Below are positions 1 through 14,320 of a stretch of 64,000 nucleotides of DNA, piece after piece. The stretch's first letter is position 1; each line of letters opens with the position of its first letter. This DNA is from Octopus vulgaris (taxonomy: Eukaryota). The position numbers and the translations under genes were made by a program. The notes below the pieces were generated by a model. It was not told the origin of the DNA and searched no databases. It saw nothing but the letters and a program-made list of their open reading frames with translations. Location: assembly GCA_951406725.2 (NCBI GenBank), contig OX597831.1, positions 52,452,001 to 52,516,000 on the forward strand. Reading direction: 5' to 3'.

Positions 1-544
1 GAAAATCGAGAATAGAATTCACATCATGAGAGGATAAATGCATGTGATGAGTGGGTTTTAATGCTCGGTAACGATATAAAAATTTTATAGCCTAAGGAAA
101 AGTAGCCTGAGAAAATGCTCCAGCATGGCCACAGCCTTAGGGATGAAACGTGTAAAAGAATAAAAGAAATAAATCAACCGCACATTTTATATATCATAAA
201 GTATATATCAAAGAAAGGAAAAACAAACTGCTGTTATTTTATGCGTTTGCACTTAATCACGAACGTCAATTCGGTTTTGTTGCGGAATTTTGCAGTTTGT
301 TTCCGATCATAAGAGCTATGTATCTCCACTTTGTGTAGCACAGTGGAACTCACTGGCTATTTCTTACAAAGACACTTGTTTCCGTCCGTAACGCAATCTT
401 CTGACGGAAAGAGCTTTGTCGACTATGCGAGTGGGGTTTGTGTGTGTGTGTGTGTGTGTATGTGTGTGTGTTTGTGATTGCATGTATGACAAGGTTAACG
501 ATTTGAATTATGAAAGGGATCTATCTCTGTCTTCCTGTTTCTCT

Positions 545-593
<49 letters not shown>

Positions 594-1164
594 TCTCTCG
601 CTCTCTCTCTGTACACATTAATCTATATTCTTTTCTTTTATATGCTTCAGTCCAAATGCTGTGGCCATGCTGGAACACTGCTGCAGAGAATGAAAGAGAG
701 AGAAAGAGAGAGCGAGAGTGGAAAGAAGAGAGAGACCCTTTTCATAATTAGACTTGCATACATATATACATATATACATATATACATATACATATATATA
801 TATATATATATACATATCATATATCATATATACACACACCGCATGTGTGTGCATGTATGTACATACATACATACATACATACATACATACATACATACAT
901 ACATACATACATACATACATACATACTCATAAAATGGCTGCGTTAAAAAAAACTTCGATCAACCTTTATTATTCAGATAAAATGTAACTCGAAATTATCT
1001 CTCTTATTAGTTTATTATGGAGTACTTAGATGGTATTAGGTCCTACGTATAGCCTCCGCCCCATAAAAACGGTGTAATTCTGTCATTTATATACGTACAT
1101 CTACCTCTCTCTCTCTTGCCTCTTTCTCTCTCTCTCCCTATATATATATATATATATACATATG

Positions 1165-1253
<89 letters not shown>

Positions 1254-1590
1254 CTGTGTGTTTATATATATATGCACAGACACACACTCACACACGCATA
1301 TACACGCACACATACACACACGTGTATGTATGTTTGTGTGTGTGTGCGTGCGTCTGTAGATACATACATACATACATACATACATACATACATACATACA
1401 TACATACATACACACAGATACACATTCATTTATTTTATATTGAATATTTGAATAATTCTTCAGTTCTTTAGTATGTATGTATGCACACTTAACGTTTAGT
1501 ATTTTGTGCAAGATGTTCAGCATGAAATTGCAGAGCTGTCTTTCCCGGACTACAAGAGGCTACAACCATCATCTATCTATCTATCTATCA

Positions 1591-1730
<140 letters not shown>

Positions 1731-1789
1731 CTCTATATATCTACCTTTCTATATATATATACCTATACATTCATGTGTGTCTGTGTTCA

Positions 1790-2189
<400 letters not shown>

Positions 2190-2859
2190 GTACATACATG
2201 CGTGCCATGCACGCGTCTTTTGTGCCTTTCTTCCATCTAGAAAGTCTCTATGATGTTTCAGGAATTGTGACCTTGCTTCAATTTCTCTTTTTCTATTTGT
2301 TTACTCATCTCTCTACCTGTCTTCCCTCTTCTGATCTTAGCAAGCAACTTCTACCTGTTGCCTCACTGCTTTGTTATTTTCCCTTCCCATTTCAGTCCTC
2401 TTAGTAAACATGCTAATATCTTAGTCTCTGTTATTTGTTCAAAGATTATGTTCGAACTCAATTGTTTATTCGGGTTTCATTTTAGCGTCTTGTTTATTGC
2501 ACTCCTGTCTTGTATTGTTTAGTTTTTATTGTAAAAGTGTAATTTTTTTTTCTGTCCTAGTAGCTAAGTCCTAACCGTATATGTTTTGCAATACGCATGT
2601 TTTCTCTTTTCCAGTCACTAAAATTTAAATATATTCTCTTGTCTTTTGTGTCTCAGCTTCACTGTAACAATTCCTTAACAGCCGTATCCGATTGCTGCTG
2701 ACACCAATAAGAAAGTGGTGGTGGTTAAGGCGTCGAAACAGCGATAATCCCAAGAGAGAGAGCTGTTGAGGGCTACTTTTTTGTGTTTTGTCTGTTATGT
2801 GTTCTCATCGGTTGTACTTAATTTCACCACCACTCACACGTATACACACTATTTATACA

Positions 2860-2890
<31 letters not shown>

Positions 2891-2892
2891 GA

Positions 2893-2928
<36 letters not shown>

Positions 2929-3409
2929 ATCTGTGTGTGTATAGCATGTATATGTATCTATCCATCTCTCTTTCTCTTTCCCTCTCTCTCTCTCTCCGTA
3001 TATATATAAAAGTAGTTATCCATTCTTTTAACCTTAGCTCATACAGTACAAATTTTCAAAACGTTGTACGCTGGTGCGTAAAAACAAAGTATAAATATAA
3101 ATGAAATGAACTCCAGAGGAAAAAAAATTATTCAATAAATGACTTGTAGATATCAGTACAATACATATTTTAAGCTTATGGTTTTCTTTACACTTCTTAA
3201 TTATAAGTACATTATTTTCGCGTTGGAGAAGATGCTTTGCATGTCGGGAATAAGATCTGCGGAACCTTCAGTGTTAGGTTTGGATATCACAAGAATATAT
3301 TATAACATTATGCATACATGTACGTGTAATGATATAATATGCATATATGTATGTGTGTATTTGCTTAATAAATATATACATACATTCTCACACTTTCACA
3401 CAAACACAC

Positions 3410-3458
<49 letters not shown>

Positions 3459-3604
3459 ATCAGTATATTACATTCGGTTTGGTTATATTTGTCCGTATCC
3501 TCTAAAAGTACATTTGTATACATACATACTCATATATGTGTATATAAATGTGTGTATGTGTGTAAACGAGCATATGTACACACATATACCACATATATAT
3601 CTCA

Positions 3605-3813
3605 CCCGGCACAACCGTTTGCACGCCGGGCAAAATGTTTAACGGCAATTCGGTCGTCTTTATGTTTCGAGTTCAAATTCAGCCAGTGCCGACTTTGTCT
3701 TTCATCCCTTCGGTGTTCGATAAAATAAGCATCCCAGTTGTTCACTGGGGTCGATGTAATCGACTTAGTCCCTCACCAAACCTCCTGGCCTTGTGCCAAA
3801 ATTTTTGGGAACC
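3605..3813 (+). mobile_element. SINE group B, single-unit diverged copy
   Basis: GTTCAAATTC B-box-like segment, then GACTTTGTCTTTCATCCCTTCGGTGTTCGATAAAATAAG...CACTGGGGTCGATGTAATCGACT shared with many copies. Confidence 0.75.
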
Positions 3814-3819
3814 GTTATA

Positions 3820-4047
3820 CTGTGTGTCCATGAATTTACCTTTACAATTTGAAAAAATTCAGAAAAAAAAATGAAGATAACTCACTAGATTGCGTACAAC
3901 AAATGGAGCCCATGTGAAAGTGTTTTGATGCTTCTAATAAAACTTTATTTCTTTGGCTATGTTTTCCAATAATTTCTGCTGAGTTATTCGTACTTTTTAA
4001 TTTTTTTCCTGAAATTTTCAAACCGTTAAGTTAATTCATAGACACTG
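3820..4047. mobile_element. Tc1/mariner-type MITE relic
   Basis: Imperfect TIRs: CTGTGTGTCCATGAATTTAC versus revcomp CAGTGTCTATGAATTAAC. TA on both sides. Confidence 0.5.
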
Positions 4048-4064
4048 TAATATATAGGTAGAAG

Positions 4065-4455
4065 AAGGCGGCGAGCTGGCAGAAACATTAGCACGCCGGG
4101 CGAAGTGCTTAGCGGTATTTCGTCAGCCGCTACGTTCTGAGTTCAAATTCCGCCGAGGTCGACTTTGCCTTTCATCCTTTCGGGGTCGATTAAATAAGTA
4201 CCAGTTACGCACTGGGGTCGATATAATCGACTTAATCCGTTTGTCTGTCCTTGTTTGTCCTCTCTGTGTTTAGCCCCTTGTGGATAGTAAAGAAAAAGGC
4301 ATTTCGTTTGTCTTTACGTTGTGTTTAAATTCCGCCATGGTCGATTTTGCCTTTCATCCTTTCGGGGTCGATAAATTAAGTGCCAGTTGCGTACTGGGTC
4401 GATCTAATCGACTGGCCCCACTTCCTCAAAATTTCGGGCCTTGTGCCTAGAGTAG
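4065..4455 (+). mobile_element. SINE group B (AAGGCGGCGAGCTGGCAGAA head), with internally duplicated body
   Basis: A-box-like TGGCAGAAAC and B-box-like GTTCAAATTCC. The body GACTTTGCCTTTCATCCTTTCGGGGTCGAT occurs twice. Confidence 0.85.
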
Positions 4456-4729
4456 GTTGAAGCTGATTGCTTCGCCACAGGTTATCTTCGATTGGATAAA
4501 CATATGACCATTAAGCATTACTCCAATAGTGACCATCACGTCTGTTTTATCGTACGTAGGGCAACATTGTCTACAGAATCCTTTCCTTACCTACGACAGC
4601 AGAGTGTGATGTACGAGCAAATTAGCTGCTATTTCTGGTTGATCAAGTGTCTACCACCCAGCCTCCAACGGTAGCTAGAATATATGTACAACATATATCT
4701 TCTTTCAATTCTCTCAGCAAGAGGCTGAG

Positions 4730-4965
4730 GCCTTGCTGGAGCACCACCTTTCAGTGTCGGTGTATCATTTCCTTGTTTCAGTCATTTATCTTTTCCTTGT
4801 TTCAGCCATTAGATCGTGGCCATGCTAGGGCACCGCTTTGAAGAATTCTTAGCCGAAGAATTCTTAGTACTTAAATTTACAGAGCCTGGTAATTATTCTA
4901 TCGGTCTCTTTTGCTGAACTGTTATGTTACAGGGACGTACAGACATCAACACCAGTTGTCAACTC
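4730..4965 (-). mobile_element. SINE group A, 3' half, diverged
   Basis: Revcomp of the GGCGGTGCTCCAGCATGGCC...TGAAACAAG tail and GACCGATAGAATAA segment. Confidence 0.65.
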
Positions 4966-5392
4966 ATAAGTATGTGTGTGTGTGTGTGTGTACATATGTA
5001 TGTACGTATGCATATATGTTTGCATGTATGTACGCATGCATTTTTATGTATCAGACACACTAGCAAAATACAAAGTGTAGAATATTATACATGAATACAC
5101 GCACACACACATACACACACATATATATCGTCTTTTATGAGAACAGTGTTGTGTCAATCATGCCTTTCGCTTCAGAAGTATTTTGCGGGTTCGTAACTGA
5201 ATTAAAAACGACAAACAGAAATTTTTTTAATTAGGTTCTGAATTTCATGAAAATGCTACATGTTTCAGCTTCTGTATCCTTTTTAATGGGACTCGGCAAT
5301 GATGTGCATGTTTGTGTAGGTGTGCAGGTGTACGCACGTGTGCATATAAAAAGAAAAAAGTTAGATTTATATTGAGAGAGAGAGAGTATTAA

Positions 5393-5437
<45 letters not shown>

Positions 5438-5654
5438 GGGTTCGTATGCTGCGTGTAGGTCTACATATTCATACATGCGGTCGCACGTGCGTGCTTGCAC
5501 ATATTCATGCATGCACGCACAGATCTGTACGTATAATGAGACAAACATAACCTGTTTACCGAATTTTTTTTTTTTTTTTTTTTTTGGCGGGAGTTGGTGG
5601 TGGTATAAATCTGGAAAAATCCCCGGCCTTCTACCTCCTCTTCTATAACGATAA

Positions 5655-5660
5655 ACTACA

Positions 5661-5691
<31 letters not shown>

Positions 5692-5937
5692 GCATCACTA
5701 CAACCAACATCATCACCACTACCACTACCGGTACCACAACCACCGCCACAACAACCTACTACTACTACTACTACTACTACTAGCATCACTACAACCAACA
5801 TCATCACCACTACCACTACCGGTACCACAACCACCGCCACAACAATCTACTACTACTACTACTACTACTACTAGCATCACTACAACCAACATCATCACCA
5901 CTACCACTACCGGTACCACAACCACCGCCACAACAAT

Positions 5938-5970
<33 letters not shown>

Positions 5971-6054
5971 GCATCACTACAACCAACATGATCACCACTA
6001 CCACTACCGGTACCACAACCACCGCCACAACAACCTACTACTACTACTACTACA

Positions 6055-6085
<31 letters not shown>

Positions 6086-6257
6086 GCATCACTACAACCA
6101 ACATGATCACCACTACCACTACCGGTACCACAACCACCGCCACAACAACCTCTACTACTACTACTACAACTACTACTACTACTACTACTACTAGCATCAC
6201 TACAACCAACATCATCACCACTACCACTACCGGTACCACAACCACCGCCACAACAAC

Positions 6258-6270
<13 letters not shown>
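5655..6270. repeat. compound minisatellite: 6 units of a ~65-bp core plus variable (ACT)n
   Basis: Core AGCATCACTACAACCAACATCATCACCACTACCACTACCGGTACCACAACCACCGCCACAACAA starts at 5691, 5782, 5873, 5970, 6085 and 6193. Confidence 0.9.
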
Positions 6271-6325
<55 letters not shown>

Positions 6326-7093
6326 ACTACTACAACAACTACTACTACTACTACTACTACTACTACAACTACTACTGCTGCTGCTGCTGCTGCTGTTGCT
6401 ACTAGCACCAGTACCACTACCTAGCATCTAGCATCACCAACACCACCTCCACTACTACTATTAAAACTACTACTACTACTACTACTACTACTACAGCTGG
6501 TTCTCCAAGAACTGCTGCTGCCTGCTGCTGCTGCTGCTGCTGCTGCTATCACTGCTGCTGTTTGTTCCTGCTGGCACTGCCGCTGTTGCTGCTACTGTTA
6601 CACCTGCATATGCTGGAGTCCAAAAAGGTTACACCCAGCCGCCCACCCGCACGTAGACACTGAAGTCATTTGTCACTGGATCCCCCACCCCACTCCGACA
6701 CATGTTTCTCGTCTCTCCCTTTTTCTCCTCCCCCTCCCCCGCAACACCTTCACTCTCGGCATTTCCTTCTCTTCCTTCTCTTCATTCCTTCCTACCTCCT
6801 CCCCTTCTTCCTTTACTTCTGCCCACTCCTCCCCATAAAACTATATTATCACCACCATCATCACAAGCTTTTTGCTACATTATTTCTCTCTCCCACGCAC
6901 TTCTCTTCCTCCTCCTCCTCCTCCTCCTCTCTCTCTCTCTGTTTATCTGTTTATCTGTCTATCTTCTCTTCCACTCTATCTCTCTCTCTTACTTTCACTT
7001 TCATTTTTACCCTCCTCTTATTGCATTTATCTTCCTGTCTCTTTCTCGCTCTGTGTATGGGAATCTCTTTCCTGTTATCTTTCTTGCCTTCAT

Positions 7094-7154
<61 letters not shown>

Positions 7155-7397
7155 CTCCCTTTCTGTTTCTCTCTCACACTCACTAGTTCTGCTTCACTTG
7201 TTCTTCCATACAGTGCCACTGTGACATACTATGATCGTCTAACACCACCGCCACCACCACCACCACCATATCTTCGTTGTCATCCTCCTCCGCTTCGTCA
7301 TCATTATTATCCTTATGAAATTTGTCGTCACCGGGATTCGCATTTACCAATTCTGTTACCTCTCACTCTTCCCCTTCTCTTTCTCCCATTTCTGTCC

Positions 7398-7512
<115 letters not shown>

Positions 7513-7784
7513 AATATATCTGTTTGCCTGTATATTTGTATGTATGTGTATATATATATAGTATTTTCCCCTCCCTTTCTCTTTGTGTGAAACACACACA
7601 TACATACATAATACATATACGCACATGCACATATATATGTATATGTGTGTGTGTGTGTGCGTGTGTGCGTACGTCTTCCTGTTTTTCTATTAACTTCAAT
7701 AATTTACACATCAAGCAAACATGTCCTCTTAGACATACGCGCACGCGCATACACACGCATACACAAGCACATACACACACCATG

Positions 7785-7829
<45 letters not shown>

Positions 7830-7830
7830 T

Positions 7831-7883
<53 letters not shown>

Positions 7884-8409
7884 TTACCACCACCACCATT
7901 GATATCATCACTAGTGTTATTGCTATTGTGTTTCGTTATGGAAGGCACGTGTTCTGAGTTTCAAATCCTTCTCAGCTCAATTTTGACTTGAAGCCATCTG
8001 ATTCCTGTAAAATATGTACGGTTTCGATAAATATTTCCAGGGTTCCATGGAATTGACTGTACTCTTATCCAGAACGATCAGAGAGATTTTCCCCAGCATG
8101 GCCAGTGTTCAACGACTGAAACGAGTAAAACAGTAAAAGAGGGAAACGCAAACATGGCAGAGCACTTATCTTAGCTACTACATCGATGAGACAGGCACTT
8201 GAGCTGCTAGAAAGAACAAATTAATCCCCTTCATATCACACCCAACTGTTTTCAATAAAGAGGGTGATCAACGTGAAATACTCTACGTAGTCGCGCGTTC
8301 TGCTAGAAATAACAGTCACTTCTCCTTTAAATCATACTAAATTGAGATAAGGATAAGGACAAAGACACATTAGCTAATAAGTGATAGCTCGAGCGACTGT
8401 TGACTCAAT

Positions 8410-8796
8410 GGTGGAAGCACTCCGTCGGTTACGACGATGAGGGTTCCGGTTGATCCGAATCAGCGGAACAGCCTGCTCGTGAAATTAACGTGTAAGTGGC
8501 TGAGCACTCCACAGACACGTGTACACTTAACGTAGTTCTCGGGGATATTCAGCGTGACACAGAGAGTGACAAGGCCGGCCCTTTGAAATACAGGTACAAC
8601 AGAAACAGGAAGTAAGAGTGAGAGAAAGTTGTGGTGAAAGAGTACAGCAGGGATCACCACCATCCCCTGCCGGAGCCTCGTGGAGCTTTAGGTGTTTTCG
8701 CTCAATAAACACTCACAACGCCCGGTCTGGGAATCGAAACCGCGATCCTATGACCGCGAGTCCGCTGTCCTAACCACTGGGCCATTGCGCCTCCAC
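8410..8796 (-). mobile_element. SINE group C (GTGGAGGCGCAATGG tRNA head) with tail 1
   Basis: tRNA-like head with A box TGGCCCAGTGG and B-box-like GTTTCGATTCC. 12-bp TSD TGTTGACTCAAT at 8398-8409 and 8797-8808. Near-identical to 23661-24053. Confidence 0.92.
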
Positions 8797-9109
8797 TGTT
8801 GACTCAATATTGAATCTAAGATTAGCGATTTACGATGATTTGGGGTTTATTTTTCCTTTTCCTGTTTTACTCGTTTCAGTAATGCTGGAGTATATCACTG
8901 GTCGTTCTAGGTAAGGGTTATAGTCAAGTACATCGCCACGTACATATTTCATCGAATGGTCATAACTGGAACGCCTGTGATGATAGGTCTGCTCCATTAA
9001 CACTGACCTGGATGGACACGAACAATAACAATAACAGCAGCAACGACAACAATGACATCAACAATAACAATAACGGCAACAACAACAGATAATGAAGGAG
9101 ATATTGGAC

Positions 9110-9501
9110 ATAGGCGCAGTTGTGGCTGTGTGGTAAGAAGCTTGCTTCCCAACCACATAGTTCCGGGTTCAGTCCCACTGCGTGGCACCTTGGGCAAGTG
9201 CCTTATTATAGCCTCGGGTCGACCAAAGCCTTGTGAGTGACGGAAACTGAAAGAAGCCCGTTATATATGTATGTATTTATGTATTTGCGTGTCTGTGTTT
9301 GCTCTCCCGACATCGCTTGACAACCGATACTGGTGTGTTTATTCCCCGTAACTTAGTGATTCGGCAAAAGACACCGATAGAATAAATACTAAGTTTACAA
9401 AGAATAAAGCCTGGGATCGATTTCTTCGATTAAAACCCTATAAGGAGGTGCTCCAGCATGGCCGCAGTCAAATAACTGAAACGAGTAAAAGAATAAAAGA
9501 A
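9110..9501 (+). mobile_element. SINE group A, full length
   Basis: Head TAGGCGCAG..TGGCTGTGTGGTAAG...GGTTCAGTCCC, internal TA/TG-rich spacer, tail GGTGCTCCAGCATGGCCGCAGTC..TGAAAC and (TAAAAGA)n. Confidence 0.9.
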
Positions 9502-9689
9502 TTTTTAAAATGCTAATTAGTCCAAGATAAACAAAAAGGTGGGATGATGACTGCTGAAATGCATTTGATAATAACTATGGACAGGAATGGCCAAACGTAT
9601 ATAACGACTTTCTCCTTAAAAGGTATAACATTACACCTGAAAGTGAGGGTAGTTATTGTATACCAGAATCTTAGGCAAAGTACAGAGCA

Positions 9690-9930
9690 ATGGAAAAGAC
9701 GATAGATGCCTTTCAGATACTGAATCTTTCGCAGATTAGTCAGAATAAGCTAGAAAGACAGAGGAAGAAACGCTGCAGTTCTAGAAAGGCTGAAAGTGCA
9801 AAGACACTTATTATCGAGAATCAAGTCCACAAAGCTATCAAATTTTGGACAAACGATGTGCCAAGAGTCATTGCCACAAGACCTGACAGAAAGCGTGGAG
9901 GAGGAGAAGGGAGCAAGAGAATGTCAGAGA
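9690..9930 (+). mobile_element. RTE-clade LINE ORF2 C-terminal relic
   Basis: An alternative frame reads IFRRLVRIS*KDRGRNAAVLERLKVQRHLLSRIKSTKLSNFGQ. This matches the RTE pattern RRxLRISWxDRxxNxxVL...KLxYFGH. Confidence 0.7.
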
Positions 9931-9990
<60 letters not shown>

Positions 9991-9995
<5 letters not shown>

Positions 9996-10297
9996 ATCCA
10001 AACAAGAAAACACAGAAAAAAACACAGAAAAAAACACAGCGACGCGAGGACGTGGAACAATTAAAGTATTATTTGACGCTCAGGAAAGAAGGGAAGGGAA
10101 GCTTTATGAAAATAAACAAAAGACGAAGGCAGGTGGAATATAAACAAACAATTGTATTAGTATGGCGCTCAGGAATATAAATAAAACAAGTCTTTTACGT
10201 TTCGAGCGTACGCTCTTCAACAGAAAGATACACAGAAAAGAAACACGGAGAGAAACAAGGAGAGAAAAAAAATGCGTGCAGAGGCTAGCGAATCAAC
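9991..10297 (-). mobile_element. two related short hammerhead-type elements in tandem, embedded in (TA)n
   Basis: 9991-10105 is the revcomp of the 3' part of 1873-2074. 10106-10297 is a related unit (GTATT..GCGCTCAGGAA) carrying the hammerhead. (TA)n on both sides. Confidence 0.65.
10191..10228 (-). ncRNA. minimal type-I hammerhead-like motif
   Basis: Minus strand reads TCTTT-CTGTTGA-A-GAGC-GTAC-GCTC-GAAAC-GTA-AAAGA. Perfect 5-bp stem I, 4-bp stem II and a GUA site. The core has U at the conserved A6 position. Confidence 0.6.
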
Positions 10298-11244
10298 ATA
10301 TATATATATATATCGTTAACCAAATCCATTCACATCCATTCACTATGTATAGTGATTTTAACCATAACAATTTTTGTTCAATAAATGATTTAACAAAGTA
10401 CAAAATTGTCATTCTCACGCATAAAAGTCATATAATATATATGGGCGCGTGAGTGTGTGTGTGTGTGAGTGAGAGAGGGAGAGTGTGCGGTGGGGAACTG
10501 TGTGCGTATGCGTGCATGTGTGAAAGATAAGTGTGTGTTGGAGAGAGAGAGAGAAAGAGAAAGAGAAAGAGAGCATGTGGGGTGGGGTAGTTGGTGTTGT
10601 GTGTGAAAGAGTGTGTGTATTTGTGTGTGTGTGCGTGCCTCTGAATGTATAAACTAAGATTTTTTTTTTTGTCCTGTTCTTCGTTTGCGTATTGCAAATA
10701 TACGACCATCCTACACGCGATGGACTTTGCAAAAAAGGAATTTCACCGTAATATCATCTTATATAAAAAAAAAAAAAGCTTATCTCTAAACATCTACCCG
10801 AAACTAAAATATATACGTACACATGTAAACGACAATCGTGTAACAGGATTACAACTGTTTTACTTGTTTCAGTGATATCACTCTGTCCATGTTGGGCTTG
10901 TAGAAAGAAGCAAGATACGAAAAAGAAAAAAAAAAATACAGAAAAATATGACTGTATGGTAAAGAAACTCGCTTTCCAGCCATGTGCTTTTGAGTTCAGT
11001 CCCACTGCACAGCATCATGGGAAAATTTTCGTCAACTAAATCGCCACCCCCTCCTCAGTACTTATTTAACTTTGGTTCTTCTTTGATCAGTATCTTTTGG
11101 AGAACTGTTGAATTTACGGAGACGTAAGCAAATCAACGCGGTTATCATGTGTGGTGAGACAAACACACATACACATATATATGTTTGTATGTATATCTAT
11201 ATATATCTATCTATTATATATGTGTATGTGTGTGTGTCTATGTG

Positions 11245-11309
<65 letters not shown>

Positions 11310-11320
11310 CCATATATATT

Positions 11321-11990
11321 CTTTTATTCTTTTACTCGTTTCACTCATTTGACTGCGGCCATGCTGGAGGACCGCAGACTTTCAGTCGATGTTGAAGGGA
11401 TTTAGACTGATTTTTAAAGCCTAGTTCTTATTCTATCAGATTCTTTTGCCGAACGGTACGGTTAAGTTATGGGGGTCGTAAACACCCCAACACTGGTTGT
11501 CAAGCAGTAATGGCGGGACAAACACAGATACAAAGACACACTCACACACACCACATGTATGTGTGTGTGTGAGGACGTGATAAGTATTAACGTGAGGACA
11601 TGATAAGTATTAGTAAGACGTGAGGACGTGATAAGTATTAACGTGAGGACATGATTAGTATTAGTAAGACGTGAGGACGTGATAAGTATTAATGTGAGGA
11701 CGTAATAAGTATTAGTAAGACGTGAGGACGTGATAAGTATTAATAAAACGCTCAGGGAAGGAAAGAAAGAATGGTTGTTTTACGTTTCGAGCAAAACTCT
11801 TCTTGGGAAGCAGGAGACATGGCAAAGTCCAAAAGAAAATGAAGAAAGGGGAACCGTCTAACAAATCCACTCACAACGCTTTGTTCAGCCCGTGGCTATA
11901 GTAGAAGACTGTGCTGAAGGTGCCACACAGTGAGACCGAACCCGGAGCCATGTAGTTCAGAAGCAAGCTTCTTACCACACAACCACACAA
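11321..11990 (-). mobile_element. SINE group A interrupted in its internal microsatellite by a hammerhead-type element
   Basis: Tail at 11321-11550 and head at 11880-11990. The insert at 11570-11875 has ACGCTCAGGGAAG...TTTTACGTTTCGAGC. Confidence 0.7.
11570..11875 (-). mobile_element. degenerate hammerhead-type short element with internal 23/28-bp tandem array
   Basis: The minus strand at 11777-11811 reads GCTTCCCAAGAAGAGTTTTGCTCGAAACGTAAAAC (decayed core). GTGAGGAC(G/A)TGATAAGTATT is repeated 7 times. Confidence 0.55.
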
Positions 11991-13029
11991 CGACTTGCAC
12001 AAAATTTCCATCAACCAAATTCATTCACCGGGCATTGGTCGACACGACACTATAGTACAAGGCACTTAAGTAAGATGCCACGCCGTGGGACTGAACCCGA
12101 AATCACGTGATCGCAAAGGGTACGCCTCAAACCATGCAGCCATGTCTACGCCTATTATAGCAAATTCGATAGTCCGAGCTTGGAATGAAGAGATAACATT
12201 GGCTAAATTTAACATTAAACATGGTGGCCACAAGCGAAATATCGACCCAATGAAGGGGCCGCATTAGTAGGAGTGTTGGAACCTTTTGGTAACAGGGAAG
12301 AATTACTAGTGCTTAAGAACTTGCAAGAACGCCTTTGTTCTGAGGAAAAAAATCACAACCTAAAAATATAAAGAACCTTTTAATTTTACTAATTGATAAG
12401 TATGAAACTTAAATTGAATTACTGCTTTGATCTTAAAGCTTAAAGCATTTTTGCGCCCCTCCTCTCTCTCTCTCTCTCTCGCTCTGAGTGAGTTATGTGT
12501 GTGTATGGGTGTGTGTGTGTATGTGTGTATATGTGTGTGTGCATGTGTGCTTTCATATAGAACTTTGGTAACTTCATCAATGATTGGTTGTTCCACAGAC
12601 AAATTTGGACGAAATTTTGTTATGTCTTATTATATCCGGTTATAACATTGTATATCTCGTGATATCGATTTATATCATGTGTTACGTGTGTGGGTGGGTG
12701 TGTGTGTGCACGCGTGTGCGTGTGCGCGTGTAGGTGCGTGTGCGCGTGTATGTGCGTGTGCGCGTGTATGTGCGTGTGAGTGTACATACATATATTTTTG
12801 TAAGAATATATATGTACATGACTATGTGCGTATATATGCATTCATGCACATATGTGTACGCGCGCGTGTGCGCGCGCACACACACATGTACATATACATA
12901 GAGCATTCATAGAATAAAATTTAGAATTAGAGCATAGCTGTGTTTATATCTGTGTATACACATACATGTGTGTGCAAATATATATATATATGTGTGTGAG
13001 TATGTGTGTATGTGTGTGTGTATCTATCC

Positions 13030-13097
<68 letters not shown>

Positions 13098-13132
13098 GTG
13101 GATGGATGGATGGATGGATGGATGGATGGATG

Positions 13133-13198
<66 letters not shown>

Positions 13199-13203
13199 CA
13201 CAC

Positions 13204-13335
<132 letters not shown>

Positions 13336-13897
13336 CAGTTGACAATCCTTTATCCGATAGTTTGAAATCTAAAAACTCCAACAACGAAAATGTTGTCAAG
13401 TGAGAGGATTCCCACGAGTAGAAAATTCCTGATAGTGCTTGGAAAAGTTTCTCCTTGTCTATTTCCCCCCCTTTTTTTGTCTTTTGTTTTGAATAGGGAG
13501 TGGATAGTTGAGCATGAAATAAAAATGCAAAAATCCAAAGCGACGTGTAGCTGTTTTATGTGGTTAAGAGCTTGCAGGTGAAAGTGTAATAACGTTGATT
13601 TGGTTTGATGGAAAGCAAATCGCTGTCGCAGTGAAACTGTTACAAGCCGTCGAAAACCGGACATTAGTGAGATTTATAAGTTGTATAAGTTGTATTATGA
13701 AATATGCGTGGATAACACGTTTAGATGTATGCACCATGAGGAAGCTGTCCTATCTTGTATAGATGGGAATATATAATTATTCTCAAATCCGAAAAATATG
13801 AGGACCACTTCTGGTCTCAAGCATCTGAGATAAAACAATATAGCTATCTCTCTCTCCTTCTCTTTCTCTTTCTCTTTCTCTCTCTCTCTCTCTCTAT

Positions 13898-13953
<56 letters not shown>

Positions 13954-13974
13954 ACACACACACACACATATATA

Positions 13975-14320
13975 AGCTTGTTTCCCAAACACGTGGTTTG
14001 GGTTCAGTCCCTCTGCGTGGCACCTTGAGCAAGTGTCTTTTTCTATAGCCTCGGGCCGACCAAAGCCTTGTGAATGGATTTGGTAGACGGACACTGAAAG
14101 AAGCCCGTCGTGTGTATATATATGTATGTATTTATGAGAGTATGTCTTTGTATCTGTGTTAGCTCACACCACCATCGCTTGACAACCGATATTGGGGTGT
14201 TTACGTCCCCGTAACTTAGTGCCAGGATTACAAAGAAGAAGTCCTGAGGTCTGATTTCTTCCCCTGAAAATCCTTTTAAGGGTGTGCTCCAGCATGGCCG
14301 CAGTCACATGACTCAAACTA
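13975..14320 (+). mobile_element. SINE group A, 5'-truncated
   Basis: GGTTCAGTCCC..GCGTGGCACCTTG..GGCCGACCAAAGCCTTGTG..GTGCTCCAGCATGGCCGCAGTC. Confidence 0.8.

Noticed and set aside
4481-4674. Possible exon after TTCGCCACAG
   Set aside because: No convincing donor, the peptide is unrecognised, and the 3' part runs into old repeat sequence.
5584-6427. Thr-rich mucin-like ORFs
   Set aside because: Most repeat periods (91, 91, 97, 115) are not multiples of 3, so the frame shifts between units.
8720-8796. tRNA genes (also 36690, 37530, 43000, 50988)
   Set aside because: These are SINE heads: they continue into SINE bodies, lack proper acceptor stems, and most have TSDs.
9690-9992. 100-aa ORF as a host gene
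   Set aside because: An overlapping frame shows RTE LINE motifs with stops, and the ORF ends in (TA)n.
11570-11745. CRISPR-like repeat array
   Set aside because: The units are contiguous with only two alternating short linkers. There are no unique spacers and no cas genes, and the context is eukaryotic.
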